From positions 20,084,587 to 20,148,586 of the forward strand of contig CM120648.1 of the NCBI GenBank assembly GCA_051362555.1: a stretch of DNA of 64,000 nt, given 5' to 3'. A program made the translations under genes and the position numbers. The first letter of the stretch is position 1. The number at the start of each line of letters is the position of its first letter. Positions 50,201 through 59,988 of the stretch are shown in pieces. The stretch comes from Lingula anatina. Its lineage: Eukaryota > Animalia > Brachiopoda. The notes under the pieces are model-generated. The model saw only the letters and a list, made by a program, of their open reading frames with translations. It did not search any database and had not been told where the DNA came from.

Positions 50201-53159
50201 TTGGTCAAAAAGGTTGTCCCACCCCTATTTCCATGTACTTTAAAAACCAACCCCATAAAAACCTGGGCCAAATCCCCCATCTTGTTTAAGAAGAATCGGA
50301 CAAGTCTTTTCAATTTTATAGACATTTCTTTACATCTGTAGAAATCACAGTGAAACAGTCGAATCGAGGGGTACCTCTTATAAATTTAACTAAATGGTAT
50401 AAAATGTGTATATTTTCACCACTATTTTGTTTTTTTTTTTTTAACCATGAATCATCTTAGACACGGTATCCGTAATAAAAAGCACTATTTCTAACAGTTC
50501 ACAGCTGTGAGGTGATCATTTGTAAATAAAAGTACATGGAAATGGGGGTGGGACAACCTTTTGACCAATGTTGTATACAAACAGACATGGCGTACAATCT
50601 ACAAATATACCACCATATGTCCGTCCTCGGTGGCTACTGCCTTTCACATTCTCTGTTAGCGTCAAGTATGAATTGATGCTTTACGCTGTCGTTGATAACC
50701 CAATTCCGTACGTACCACGTCTCTGCAGTCATTGCATGCTATTTCGTTTGAAGTACACTATGTTTTTATGTCACTTCTTCTTTTATTTTAATGTGTAAAG
50801 GAAATGAAGGAAGAAATAGAACAAGAAAGTCAAAGAGACGATCACAAGATCTATGATTCTTTCATCTTGTTTCTACTGAGCCATGGTACCGAGGGTGCTG
50901 TTTATGGAACGGATGGCTATCCTTTACCCTTCAAATATATCAAAGCCATTTTGAATAACAGGAACTGTCTTGGCCTGTCGGGCAAACCGAAAATGATATT
51001 TATTCAGGCTTGCCAGGGAAGTAAGTTATGGAATGTATTACACAAGCTTGAATACCTGCGATGAAAATAACATGCAAAATTATTCAACAAATGTATTGAG
51101 ATATTAAACTGTATTAACAGTTTGTCTCCTTTAAATTATATTCAGCCACACGAAACGAATGACGCTTAGTATTATGTAATTGTTTAATTAGTTAATACTG
51201 ATATCAATTCTAACTTATATGTAAACATGTAATCCACATAAGGGTGTATGGGGTATTTCATTTTTTTTCCATATTTGCCCAGAGATGTTGGACAGTGGGA
51301 CACTGCTGGACGGACAAACAGTTCGACAACCACAGCAAGCACCACCTGCAGCAAACCTTGGCGATGAGGTATCCGATGCGCCACACGAGATTCCAAAGCC
51401 ATCCAATGATCCGACGATGTCCGATTTTCTCGAAGTCCATGGGACTTCACCAGGTACTTTAACCGTGTTTCTTTGTATGCCATTTTACTTAGGCCTTACA
51501 AATGTGTTTTTCATCAGAAAAAAAAATCAAAATGATAAGGTGCACGTGGTGATGCTGGGATTATGGCATTTTGCCTCAGGTAGAAGATGGTGTGCATTTT
51601 GTGGTCTTTCGACATATTGTGGAGAACTATATTGTACGTGTATACTTTAAAATGCTCACTACATTACTGCACCAGTAAATACTGAAAATGGTGCATGTAT
51701 TTTTATACAGTATCAAATAAAATATATGTGCCAAATTTAATTAAAATTTACGTACATTTTTGCCATAATGCTTTTAAAAATGCGTTCAAGATCACTACGA
51801 AAAACGAAAGTGTGTCGAGACGTTACCTAATTGTATTTGGGAAGCTGTCAGACGATTTCTTTCGAAAAAAGACTTTGTATCTTATGCAAATGTTGAGAAA
51901 AAAACATGCCGTTTATGGAAAATTCAATTATCAAAATTTAAACTACGTAATTCGACAGATTTTAATTTAATTTAATTTAAAAATCGCTATCGTGTATTTC
52001 TGACATTGAATTCTCAGTGTGCACAAAGTGTAGGCATCGAAGGCATTCATGAATGTCGACACGTTTGATTCTTTGAATCAGACGCTTCATGTTACTTGAT
52101 AGCGCAGAGGCACGCCAGGGAAAACAGAGGAAGAAAAACAAGTTCTGATTTTTCTTGATTGAAGGCTTCGATTTGTTGAAGGGCAATTCTGTATGGCCTG
52201 GTTTCCAAAGATCGTGTGGCAGGCATATCAGCAAAACAAAATGCATCGCCAAGGACCCGAATGCCATGGCAAAATGTTTTAAGTTTACTTTGTTATTTTG
52301 ATACAAATAAGCTTCCGGTTGACATAGATTTGACTGGTCTCCAACTTTCCATGCTGCACTGTGCCTGACCGAAAAAAAAAACCCCTTAAAATGAGTAGTG
52401 ATTCAGTGTTCCAATGATGCCTGCGATGGCTAGAAACGTGACCCGTATTATTGGCCTTTTGGAGATCATTTCAGGTCGGTTCACTGTAACACTATCGGCA
52501 AATGTACTTTACTAATAGTTCCTTGATCTATGCGATTTATGAAATTTGCTTTTCCGCACTCTCAGTGAGACTAAGTACTGTTATATTAACAAAATAAAAA
52601 TAAACAGTACCGTTGCATCTACGAGTAAATAATACGTTAAGGCTTCAGTATTTTCTGTTTCAGATTACGTATCTTGGCGACACACGGGAAAGGGAACATG
52701 GTTTGTTCAATCCATTGTCGATACATTTTATCGTGAAGCACACAAATATGACGTTTTACAAATGTTGGTGAATGTAAGTACTGAAATAACATGAACTATA
52801 TTATTTTACATTGAAAGTGTGTTAAATTCATTAGAACACCAATCAAATATAAAACATAGCTGCCAGAAGAAGTGACTTGACGTAAGAGGTGACTTATGTA
52901 AATACAGTCCAACAGGCACAGACTTTTTAAGAACCAGCGAAATGCTCTTCTGTTTATTTTGACAGTTTAATCAGAACTGTTCACTTTATGTAATATTTTA
53001 TTTCACCAGGTCAATCACGCGATCTCTCAAAAGCAAACAATAGAGGGCAACAAACAGGCACCAGAGATAGTTACCAGCTTACGAAAGAAAGTTTTCTTCA
53101 ACATAACTCCAGGTAAGCAAAAAGAGTCGCATCTTCCCGAGGTGTATTCGGCCGAATAA
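10007..53159 (+). CDS. Multi-exon NHL-Roc-COR-caspase (Roco-caspase fusion) gene, ~1279 aa excluding the TE insertion
   Basis: Exons 10007-10760+12160-12330, 27879-28109, 28559-28714, 29014-29064, 39883-39933, 40813-41058, 44889-45013, 45392-46574, 49328-49377, 49700-49870, 50801-51020, 51283-51453, 52664-52773, 53010-53159. All junctions are phase-compatible (GT-AG, one GC-AG) and total 3840 nt. Confidence 0.7.
10761..12154. mobile_element. Non-autonomous TIR DNA transposon (hAT-like CAGGG ends), 5-bp TSD TGATA
   Basis: TIR CAGGGCTCGACATTA versus reverse complement of the right end CAGGGCTAGACACTA; TGATA at 10756-10760 and 12155-12159; subterminal GGACAGGT repeats at both ends. Confidence 0.9.
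14243..26260 (+). mobile_element. Tandem/nested array of Helentron-associated HINE-like elements (family A)
   Basis: Repeated heads TTTTTATGTACAGACACAGATGTGTCTGTACA (subTIR plus inverted repeat) followed by a (GCCGAT/GCCGTC)n microsatellite at ~14248, 15166, 16347, 17207, 19479, 20535, 21934, 22850. Tails GTCTGTACAT plus hairpin CAGCTTTGCTG plus T-run at ~17075, 24040, 24220, 26232. Internal tandem repeats, e.g. 17290-17940. Confidence 0.8.
25471..25705 (+). mobile_element. Short HINE-like element (TTACCTC..GCCAAGGAGGT family)
   Basis: 5' ..CTCTGCCAAGGAGGT, 3' CCTTGACAGAGG plus hairpin GCACTCTCAAAGTGC plus CTAG end. Confidence 0.55.
26554..27470 (+). mobile_element. Truncated, diverged HINE family B copy
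   Basis: GTACCACCAGC head with homology to 33184-35499; 3' end missing. Confidence 0.7.
27879..28109 (+). CDS. Exon 2: Roc GTPase N-terminal half (G1 P-loop, G2)
   Basis: (G)EFNERLRRLCESGKIPVYRQRVAIVGPYGVGKTHLAKRLIHEEYIKEEDANTTGVNIYRHRC...; acceptor TACCAG, donor AAG|GTAAGC, phase 1-1. Confidence 0.88.
28559..28714 (+). CDS. Exon 3: Roc insertion region
   Basis: TTCTCAG|AT..., open 156 nt DDPKDQFAQNMAIGVQNSDTFCQPDLTVLDQTPLEESLPDSEVNINNMLTNR, donor AGAG|GTATTG, phase 1-1. Confidence 0.7.
29014..29064 (+). CDS. Exon 4: 51-nt Pro/Asp-rich micro-exon (AAPPDDSELPASPDKTA)
   Basis: Strong polypyrimidine tract plus TACAG acceptor; CAG|GTAAAT donor; phase 1-1. Confidence 0.7.
30529..31493. mobile_element. 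PIF/Harbinger-type (Tourist-like) MITE, TAA TSD
   Basis: TAA|GGCCACACTTTTTTAATTTTATGGATGACATCCT ... AGGATGTCATCCATAAAAATAAAAAAGTGTGGCC|TAA; a related empty site CTGAAACTGTAATTTT lies at ~25920. Confidence 0.85.
33184..35499 (+). mobile_element. Complete HINE family B element with internal ~146-bp satellite
   Basis: SubTIRs GTACCACCAGC / GCTGGTGGTAC, 3' hairpin GAGGCGGTATCGCCTC, CTAG end; inserted at a T-rich site in HINE-A with no TSD. Confidence 0.85.
36414..38374 (-). mobile_element. Internally deleted pogo/Fot1-like (Tc1/mariner superfamily) transposon, TA TSD
   Basis: TA|GGGGAGAGCGGGGTTGGTTGGAAC ... GTTCCAACCCACCCCGCTCTCCCC|TA. Minus strand keeps the transposase C-terminus IIRPFPKAHRR..RRKQCSAVLTDTPE and a PHD-like WVKCIVCLKWSHEDC..YICQNC. 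Confidence 0.85.
38893..39501 (+). mobile_element. MITE family M1, copy 2, inserted in a HINE-A 3' subTIR
   Basis: Host motif GTCTGTACATTTGACAG is split as GTCTGTA|element|TACATTTGACAG, showing the TA TSD. Confidence 0.9.
39883..39933 (+). CDS. Exon 5: duplicated 51-nt micro-exon (AAPPDDRESPASPDREA)
   Basis: Paralogue of 29014-29064 with intact TACAG acceptor and CAG|GTAAGT donor. Confidence 0.7.
40813..41058 (+). CDS. Exon 6: Roc G3 region
   Basis: ...KQVTIWDFAGQDVYYTTHQTFLSERIIYLLVFRLDQDLDD, the hallmark Roc motif; phase 1-1. Confidence 0.92.
41291..44678 (+). mobile_element. Complete HINE family B element with 146-bp satellite arrays
   Basis: Same subTIRs and 3' hairpin as 33184-35499; internal duplication and a nested LINE fragment. 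Confidence 0.85.
43349..43850 (-). mobile_element. 5'-truncated L2/CR1-group LINE 3' end
   Basis: Minus strand LKQLHWLPVNARILFKLL...GLAPDFICDLV..YTPNRTLRS...FGEKSFQYAAPHEWNKLPLDLRSISSVKDFKKALKTYLF with a (TTA)n tail; interrupts the HINE-B motif GACCTTTT|CTTTATTTTAATT. Confidence 0.85.
44889..45013 (+). CDS. Exon 7: Roc G4 region
   Basis: EFIMFWLNSIHMHT...PYVLIIGTHKDML (WLxSI and GTHxD Roc motifs); phase 1-0. Confidence 0.9.
45392..46574 (+). CDS. Exon 8: Roc G5 plus COR domain
   Basis: YFAISN...NWIKLE...FIPYHHRQGDILHFKVDGLENVVIIDPLWLADVFSAI...IIQLMLHFDL...RFIVPSML...FPTGLFHRLIIRLL are COR signatures; donor TCAG|GTAAGC. Confidence 0.92.
47022..47836 (+). mobile_element. Diverged, truncated HINE family A copy
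   Basis: TTTTTATGTACAGAAACAGATTTGTCTGTACA head and homologous body; abuts the COR pseudo-exon. Confidence 0.75.
47837..48656 (+). pseudogene. Degenerate tandem duplicate of the COR exon (3' two-thirds)
   Basis: Aligns to 45713-46574; stops TAG 47921-47923, TAA 48165-48167 and TAA 48558-48560; ends PYRVWFS with donor CCG|GTGAGC. Confidence 0.9.
49328..49377 (+). CDS. Exon 9: COR-caspase linker micro-exon with a GC donor
   Basis: TTTTAG|CAG NAGNAG acceptor; AAPENQDRRAAKCPENE; GAG|GCAAGT donor bridges phase 1 to phase 0 exactly as required. Confidence 0.7.
49421..49508. mobile_element. Mini-MITE (88 bp)
   Basis: 18-bp TIR CAGCAAACACAGAACGTT / AACGTTCTGTGTTTGCTG. Confidence 0.75.
49700..49870 (+). 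CDS. Exon 10: caspase large-subunit N-terminus
   Basis: YKNDSEPRGRALIINNKTF...ERDGTEVDVVALRKLFRYLHYETDVISNLTAH; phase 0-0. Confidence 0.93.
50196..50573. mobile_element. Tc1/mariner-type MITE, TA TSD
   Basis: TA|CAACATTGGTCAAAAAGGTTGTCCCACCCC... / ...GGGGGTGGGACAACCTTTTGACCAATGTTG|TA. Confidence 0.85.
50801..51020 (+). CDS. Exon 11: caspase catalytic His and Cys
   Basis: DSFILFLLSHG (His codon 50882-50884) ... LSGKPKMIFIQACQG (Cys codon 51011-51013); donor GGAA|GTAAGT. Confidence 0.95.
51283..51453 (+). CDS. Exon 12: caspase inter-subunit linker and small-subunit start
   Basis: KMLDSG...DEVSDAPHEIPKPSNDPTMSDFLEVHGTSP; phase 1-1. Confidence 0.88.
51740..52190 (-). mobile_element. Old diverged relative of MITE M1
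   Basis: Reverse complement AGAATTGCCCTTCAACAAATCGAAGCCTTCAA...AAGCGTCTGATTCAAAG resembles the M1 5' end; the left boundary is approximate. Confidence 0.55.
52664..52773 (+). CDS. Exon 13: caspase small subunit
   Basis: DYVSWRHTGKGTWFVQSIVDTFYREAHKYDVLQMLVN; phase 1-0. Confidence 0.93.
53010..53159 (+). CDS. Exon 14: caspase C-terminus
   Basis: VNHAISQKQTIEGNKQAPEIVTSLRKKVFFNITPGKQKESHLPEVYSAE*; AATAAA at 53158-53163; alternative donor CAG|GTAAGC at 53112/53113. Confidence 0.88.
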   Translation, partial: VNHAISQKQTIEGNKQAPEIVTSLRKKVFFNITPGKQKESHLPEVYSAE

Positions 53160-53350
53160 TAAAGACTCGAGATCAAAAGTAAGCAAAAACAACGAGTCCA
53201 AATTTTGCGGAGAATCTCACGTGCCACGCAAGTCCTGTATGCGAAATTACGAGTTCGCATGCACGTATGTAAGCACGTACGGAGGATACTAAACATTTCC
53301 AATAGATTCTACAAATAATCTTTGTTACGCTTTATTCTACAAATAATCTC

Positions 53351-53413
53351 AAGTTACGCTTGCGGCCTCGCTGTTTAAATAATCTTTAAACAGCGAGGCC
53401 GCAAGCGTCACTT
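53351..53413. repeat. Long inverted repeat (24-bp perfect stem, 5-nt loop)
   Basis: ACGCTTGCGGCCTCGCTGTTTAAA-TAATC-TTTAAACAGCGAGGCCGCAAGCGT (53356-53408). Confidence 0.9.
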
Positions 53414-53750
53414 GCTCCCTTCGCAAGGAGTTTGCAAGTGAGACTTGCGTGGTCCAAGATGCACGTCGCAAGCAATGAAAAAGAAAGTGCCCTTTGCGTG
53501 TTGAGTACTGCGCACGCCCTCACATCTATGACGAATTAAGTCGAAAACACGGCGGGACTGCGAGAATAATAGTTGTGCTCACGACGCATGCTGGTATCTC
53601 TACAATTTCGTTGTCCAACAATTTTCAAAAATTTTGAATTTTGCTCAATTCAGATTCTAATGTGCCTCCAAAAGACAAGGGAAAGAAGTTTAAGAGCAGA
53701 AAAGAAGGTTGGAGGAAGATAACAGAAAAGCGCTTTAGCACTGCTTTTCT

Positions 53751-56700
53751 ATTGTACCACCAGCGTTAGCGCTGGCGGTACACATGGTTTCGGTCTCGTC
53801 CGGATCGTTCCGCCGGCTCCGCCGGCTCCGCCGGACGGCTACCGTTACCGCTTCTCCTCCTAGACGGTAAGGGCCCCCGTACCCATCCCATGGATTTAGG
53901 TCACCTATAATCTCAACTCGTTCCACGTAAAATTTGGGCTTTGTCGGTATTGGGGTCTGGGTGTGGCACTCATTGCAATGCACCCTTGTCTAAAAATGGC
54001 AAAATTAAATGCTAATTATCTACCCTACGGAAGGAGTTATGGGAAAAATTTCTATAGACGGCTTTCCAAAAGTCATATGTGTAGATTTCAAATATACCCT
54101 TGGATTTGACCTTTGACCTTTACTTCAAGGTCAAATGGGCCAAAATTTTCAAAAAAATGAAATTTTTTACGAAAAAAATTTTTTTTGCCCTGTTATTCAG
54201 ACACCACATAGACTTAACCAATAATATGATTGGAAAGTGTTACCCTTCAGGTCATCTTTCATCTCCATGAATTTGGGGTCAATCGGTGCATTTTCACGGA
54301 AGTAGCGGCCATAAGATACCGAAACTGAAAACTGTCTCTAATTCGGCAACCGTTAATGCTAGAGACCCATTCTTTTTTGCATTTTGTAGAGCATGTAAAG
54401 CCCAACACTGAGGGTGGTCTCGGTTTTTTTGTATTCCATACGGTTTTCGAGTTATGCTGTATCAAAAAGTACATATTGGTGGTAAAAGCAAAATGTGCAG
54501 TACGGTAATGGATAATAAATTTTGAACTCTGGAAAAATAAAACATAAGGCTTGGCAAAGCAGACAACTTGTGTTCAAAAATGACATTATTTCATCAAACT
54601 TGAACTTCTGAAACTTGAGAGCACCTCCTATTTCAAGAATTTTGACCAAAATGACATTTTCTTTATTTTAATTAATTTTTTCTGTACGAAATTTAAGGCA
54701 CATTATGGTAACTCCAAAATTATAACATTTAGTCCCTTATATCTCCAAAACTGGCAGAGATAGGTCCATAGTTACTATTGAAGTTGAATAGGAAGTCATA
54801 TACTGGCAATCTTACTGTGACCTTGAAATTGACCTTTGACCTACTTTTCACCATGAACTGAACTTTGCAAGTTTTGCTTCCCTTTTATCTCCAAAACTGG
54901 CAGAGATAGGTCCATAGTTACTATTGAACTTGAATAGGAAGTCATATACTGGCAATATAAATGTGACCTTAAAATTGACCTTTGACCTACTTTTCACCAT
55001 GAACTGAACTTTGCAAATTTTGCTTCCCTTTTATCTCCAAAACTGGCAGAGATAGGTCCATAGTTACTATTGAACTTGAATAGGAAGTCATATACTGGCA
55101 ATCTAAATGTGACCGTAAAATTGACCTTTGACCTACTTTTCACCATGAACTGAACTTTGCAAATTTTGCTTCCCTTTTATCTCCAAAACTGGCAGAGATA
55201 AGTCCATAGTTACTATTGAACTTGAATAGGAAGTCATATACTGGCAATCTTAATGTGATCTTAAAATTAATGTTTGACCTACTTTTCACCATGAATTGAA
55301 CTTTGCAAATTTTGCTTTCCTTTTATCTCCAAAACTAGCTGAGATAGGTCCGTAGTTACTATTGAACTTGAATAGGAAGTCATATACTGGCAATCTAAAT
55401 GTGACCTTAAAATTGACCTTTGACCTACTTTTCACCATAAACTGAACTTTGCAAATTTTGCTTCCCTTTTATCTCAAAAACTGGCAGAGATAGGTCCATA
55501 GTTACTATTGAACTTGAATAGGAAGTCATATACTGGCAATATAAATGTGACCTTAAAATTGACCTTTGACCTACTTTTCACCATAAACTGAACTTTGCAA
55601 ATTTTGCTTCCCTTTTATCTCCAAAACTGGCAGAGATAAGTCCATAGTTACTATTGAACTTGAATAGGAAGTCATATACTGGCAATATAAATGTGACCTT
55701 AAAATTGACCTTTGACCTACTTTTCACCATAAACTGAACTTTGCAAATTTTGCTTCCCTTTTATCTCCAAAACTGGCAGAGATAAGTCCATAGTTACTAT
55801 TGAACTTGAATAGGAAGTCATATACTGGCAATATAAATGTGACCTTAAAATTGACCTTTGACCTACTTTTCACCATGAACTGAACTTTGCATGTAAAGCC
55901 CAACACTGGAGGTGGTCTCGGTTTTTTTGTATTCCATACGGTTTTCGAGTTACGCTGTATCAAAAAGTACATATTGGTGGTAAAAGCAAAATGTGCAGTA
56001 CGGTAATGGATAATAAATTTTGAACTCTGAAAAAATAAAACATAAGGCTTGGCAAAGCAGACAACTTGTGTTCAAAAATGACATTATTTCATCAAACTTG
56101 AACTTCTGAAACTTGAGAGCACCTCCTATTTCAAGAATTTTGACCAAAATGACATTTTCTTTATTTTAATTAATTTTTTCTGTACGAAATTTAAGGCACA
56201 TTATGGTAACTCCAAAATTATAACATTTAGTCCCTTATATCTCCAAAACTGGCAGAGATAGGTCCATAGTTACTATTGAAGTTGAATAGGAAGTCATATA
56301 CTGGCAATCTTACTGTGACCTTGAAATTGACCTTTGACCTACTTTTCACCATGAACTGAACTTTGCAAGTTTTGCTTCCCTTTTATCTCCAAAACTGGCA
56401 GAGATAGGTCCATAGTTACTATTGAACTTGAATAGGAAGTCATATACTGGCAATATAAATGTGACCTTAAAATTGACCTTTGACCTACTTTTCACCATGA
56501 ACTGAACTTTGCAAATTTTGCTTCCCTTTTATCTCCAAAACTGGCAGAGATAGGTCCATAGTTACTATTGAACTTGAATAGGAAGTCATATACTGGCAAT
56601 CTAAATGTGACCGTAAAATTGACCTTTGACCTACTTTTCACCATGAACTGAACTTTGCAAATTTTGCTTCCCTTTTATCTCCAAAACTGGCAGAGATAAG

Positions 56701-58957
56701 TCCATAGTTACTATTGAACTTGAATAGGAAGTCATATACTGGCAATCTTAATGTGATCTTAAAATTAATGTTTGACCTACTTTTCACCATGAATTGAACT
56801 TTGCAAATTTTGCTTTCCTTTTATCTCCAAAACTGGCTGAGATAGGTCCGTAGTTACTATTGAACTTGAATAGGAAGTCATATACTGGCAATCTAAATGT
56901 GACCTTAAAATTGACCTTTGACCTACTTTTCACCATAAACTGAACTTTGCAAATTTTGCTTCCCTTTTATCTCAAAAACTGGCAGAGATAGGTCCATAGT
57001 TACTATTGAACTTGAATAGGAAGTCATATACTGGCAATATAAATGTGACCTTAAAATTGACCTTTGACCTACTTTTCACCATAAACTGAACTTTGCAAAT
57101 TTTGCTTCCCTTTTATCTCCAAAACTGGCAGAGATAAGTCCATAGTTACTATTGAACTTGAATAGGAAGTCATATACTGGCAATATAAATGTGACCTTAA
57201 AATTGACCTTTGACCTACTTTTCACCATAAACTGAACTTTGCAAATTTTGCTTCCCTTTTATCTCCAAAACTGGCAGAGATAAGTCCATAGTTACTATTG
57301 AACTTGAATAGGAAGTCATATACTGGCAATATAAATGTGACCTTAAAATTGACCTTTGACCTACTTTTCACCATGAACTGAACTTTGCATGTAAAGCCCA
57401 ACACTGGAGGTGGTCTCGGTTTTTTTGTATTCCATACGGTTTTCGAGTTACGCTGTATCAAAAAGTACATATTGGTGGTAAAAGCAAAATGTGCAGTACG
57501 GTAATGGATAATAAATTTTGAACTCTGAAAAAATAAAACATAAGGCTTGGCAAAGCAGACAACTTGTGTTCAAAAATGACATTATTTCATCAAACTTGAA
57601 CTTCTGAAACTTGAGAGCACCTCCTATTTCAAGAATTTTGACCAAAATGACATTTTCTTTATTTTAATTAATTTTTTCTGTACGAAATTTAAGGCACATT
57701 ATGGTAACTCCAAAATTATAACATTTAGTCCCTTATATCTCCAAAACTGGCAGAGATAGGTCCATAGTTACTATTGAAGTTGAATAGGAAGTCATATACT
57801 GGCAATATTACTGTGACCTTGAAATTGACCTTTGACCTACTTTTCACCATGAACTGAACTTTGCAAATTTTGCTTCCCTTTTATCTCAAAAACTGGCAGA
57901 GATAGGTCCATAGTTACTATTGAACTTGAATAGGAAGTCATATACTGGCAATATAAATGTGACCTTAAAATTGACCTTTGACCTACTTTTCACCATGAAC
58001 TGAACTTTGCATGTAAAGCCCAACACTGGAGGTGGTCTCGGTTTTTTTGTATTCCATACGGTTTTCGAGTTACGCTGTATCAAAAAGTACATATTGGTGG
58101 TAAAAGCAAAATGTGCAGTACGGTAATGGATAATAAATTTTGAACTCTGAAAAAATAAAACATAAGGCTTGGCAAAGCAGACAACTTGTGTTCAAAAATG
58201 ACATTATTTCATCAAACTTGAACTTCTGAAACTTGAGAGCACCTCCTATTTCAAGAATTTTGACCAAAATGACATTTTCTTTATTTTAATTAATTTTTTC
58301 TGTACGAAATTTAAGGCACATTATGGTAACTCCAAAATTATAACATTTAGTCCCTTATATCTCCAAAACTGGCAGAGATAGGTCCATAGTTACTATTGAA
58401 GTTGAATAGGAAGTCATATACTGGCAATCTTACTGTGATCTTGAAATTGACCTTTGACCTACTTTTCACCATGAACTGAACTTTGCAAATTTTGCTTCCC
58501 TTTTATCTCAAAAACTGGCAGAGATAGGTCCATAGTTACTATTGAACTTGAATAGGAAGTCATATACTGGCAATATAAATGTGACCTTAAAATTGACCTT
58601 TGACCTACTTTTCACCATGAACTGAATTTTGCAAATTTTGCTTCCGTTTTATCTCCAAAACTGGCAGAGATAGGTCCATAGTTACTCTTGAACTTGAATA
58701 TGAAGTCATATACTGGCAATTTACTGTGACCTTGAAATTGACCCTTGACCTACCTAACGAAGAACTTAAATTTGATTGTACCATATATATTTTTTGCAAT
58801 AGTTTAAAAATTCTTGTTGATTGCATTTTTACAGCTTGTCAAGCACAAAACTGGTGGCTGTGTCCCTTATTTTGTGTATGTGGGGGTCTATACGAATGCG
58901 CTTGCTCCAGCTGGTGGTACAATATTCGGAGGCGGTATCGCCTCTCTGATCCTCTAG
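53751..58957 (+). mobile_element. Expanded HINE family B element with higher-order satellite repeats
   Basis: Both ends intact; 146-bp monomers; blocks start at 54391, 55889, 57387 and 58009. Confidence 0.9.
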
Positions 58958-59379
58958 TTATTTAATAATTTAACAAAACCATCGTTGCCTGAAGAAAAGA
59001 CATAGCTGCGTCATCTTAGATTAAAACTAACTTTGCCTTAAGTAAATAAATAAAAGGGCGTATAATATAAATACGGTAACTACAGTAGGAGAACAATATT
59101 AATTTTGCACAAACATTACTTAAATTTACAAGGCATAGCTGTAGGCCTACATACTGTTAAGCTGCACGCAAAGTCTGAGATCGACTTCGAGTAACGCCCT
59201 TTATTTTCCCCAATATATTTCGAATAAAATGTGTCAATTATGTGTCCCAAGAGGGTGGTGCATCTTGAAAAAAAAAATAGCATAATAAAAAGGGTTTTGA
59301 ATCACGATTTGTGTTTACAAAGCCCAGGGAATCTTTGCTTTGGGGGAGTAGTGTTTTTGCAGAGTATTGGTAGGCGGGA

Positions 59380-59490
59380 GCATCAGTGGGGGGAAGTATC
59401 GATGTGGGGAAGTAAAGAAGCGGGGGAGTATCGGTGCGGGGGAGTATCGGTGCGGTGATGTAAAGAAGCGGGGGAGTATCGGTGCGGGGA
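59380..59490. repeat. GGGGAGTATCGGTGC short repeat cluster
   Basis: Tandem copies; a reverse-complement match lies at ~5641-5667. Confidence 0.6.
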
Positions 59491-59917
59491 CATATAGGCA
59501 TTCTAGACAGGGGCGTACTCGGCCAATATAAAAATTTTAACTTCGTCTTACGATTTTGGAGCGCCTGTTCTAATTTTTAAAAGCGAGGCAATGGAACCAA
59601 ACAATACGAATCTCAAAAAAATTGATATTTTTTAATAGAGGTTATAGCCGGGCGTACATCAAAAGGCGGCTCGTTTATTATTGTGATATGTAATAATAAT
59701 TTATGTAAAAGATACGATATAATAGGTTCTTGTCGATTAGCTTTATTGATTTTTTAAGTATTTGGAGACTAAAAACACAATTTAAGCTGAATGGTTTCAA
59801 ATCGAGGCACCACGTATTTTAATACTGTTAAAACCATGTAAAAGGTCAAGGACGTTTCAGATCGCTGACAGTGCGCGTGCGCCATCTGGTGTTAAGTCCG
59901 CGAATGACCGTTTGCAC

Positions 59918-59988
59918 CAACTGATTGTTGAGTTGCTGTAACTGATTATTGAGTTGCGATAACTGATTGTTGAGTTGCGGTAACTGAC
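59918..59988. repeat. 21-bp tandem repeat
   Basis: AACTGATTGTTGAGTTGC(T/G)GT-type units, about 3.5 copies. Confidence 0.75.

Noticed and set aside
54740-58760. Regular repeats as a possible CRISPR array
   Set aside because: Contiguous 146-bp monomers with no unique spacers, no cas genes and a eukaryotic context
54259-58826. Repeated minus-strand ORFs (MYFLIQRNSK..., MVKILEIGG...)
   Set aside because: Products of the satellite higher-order repeat, not genes
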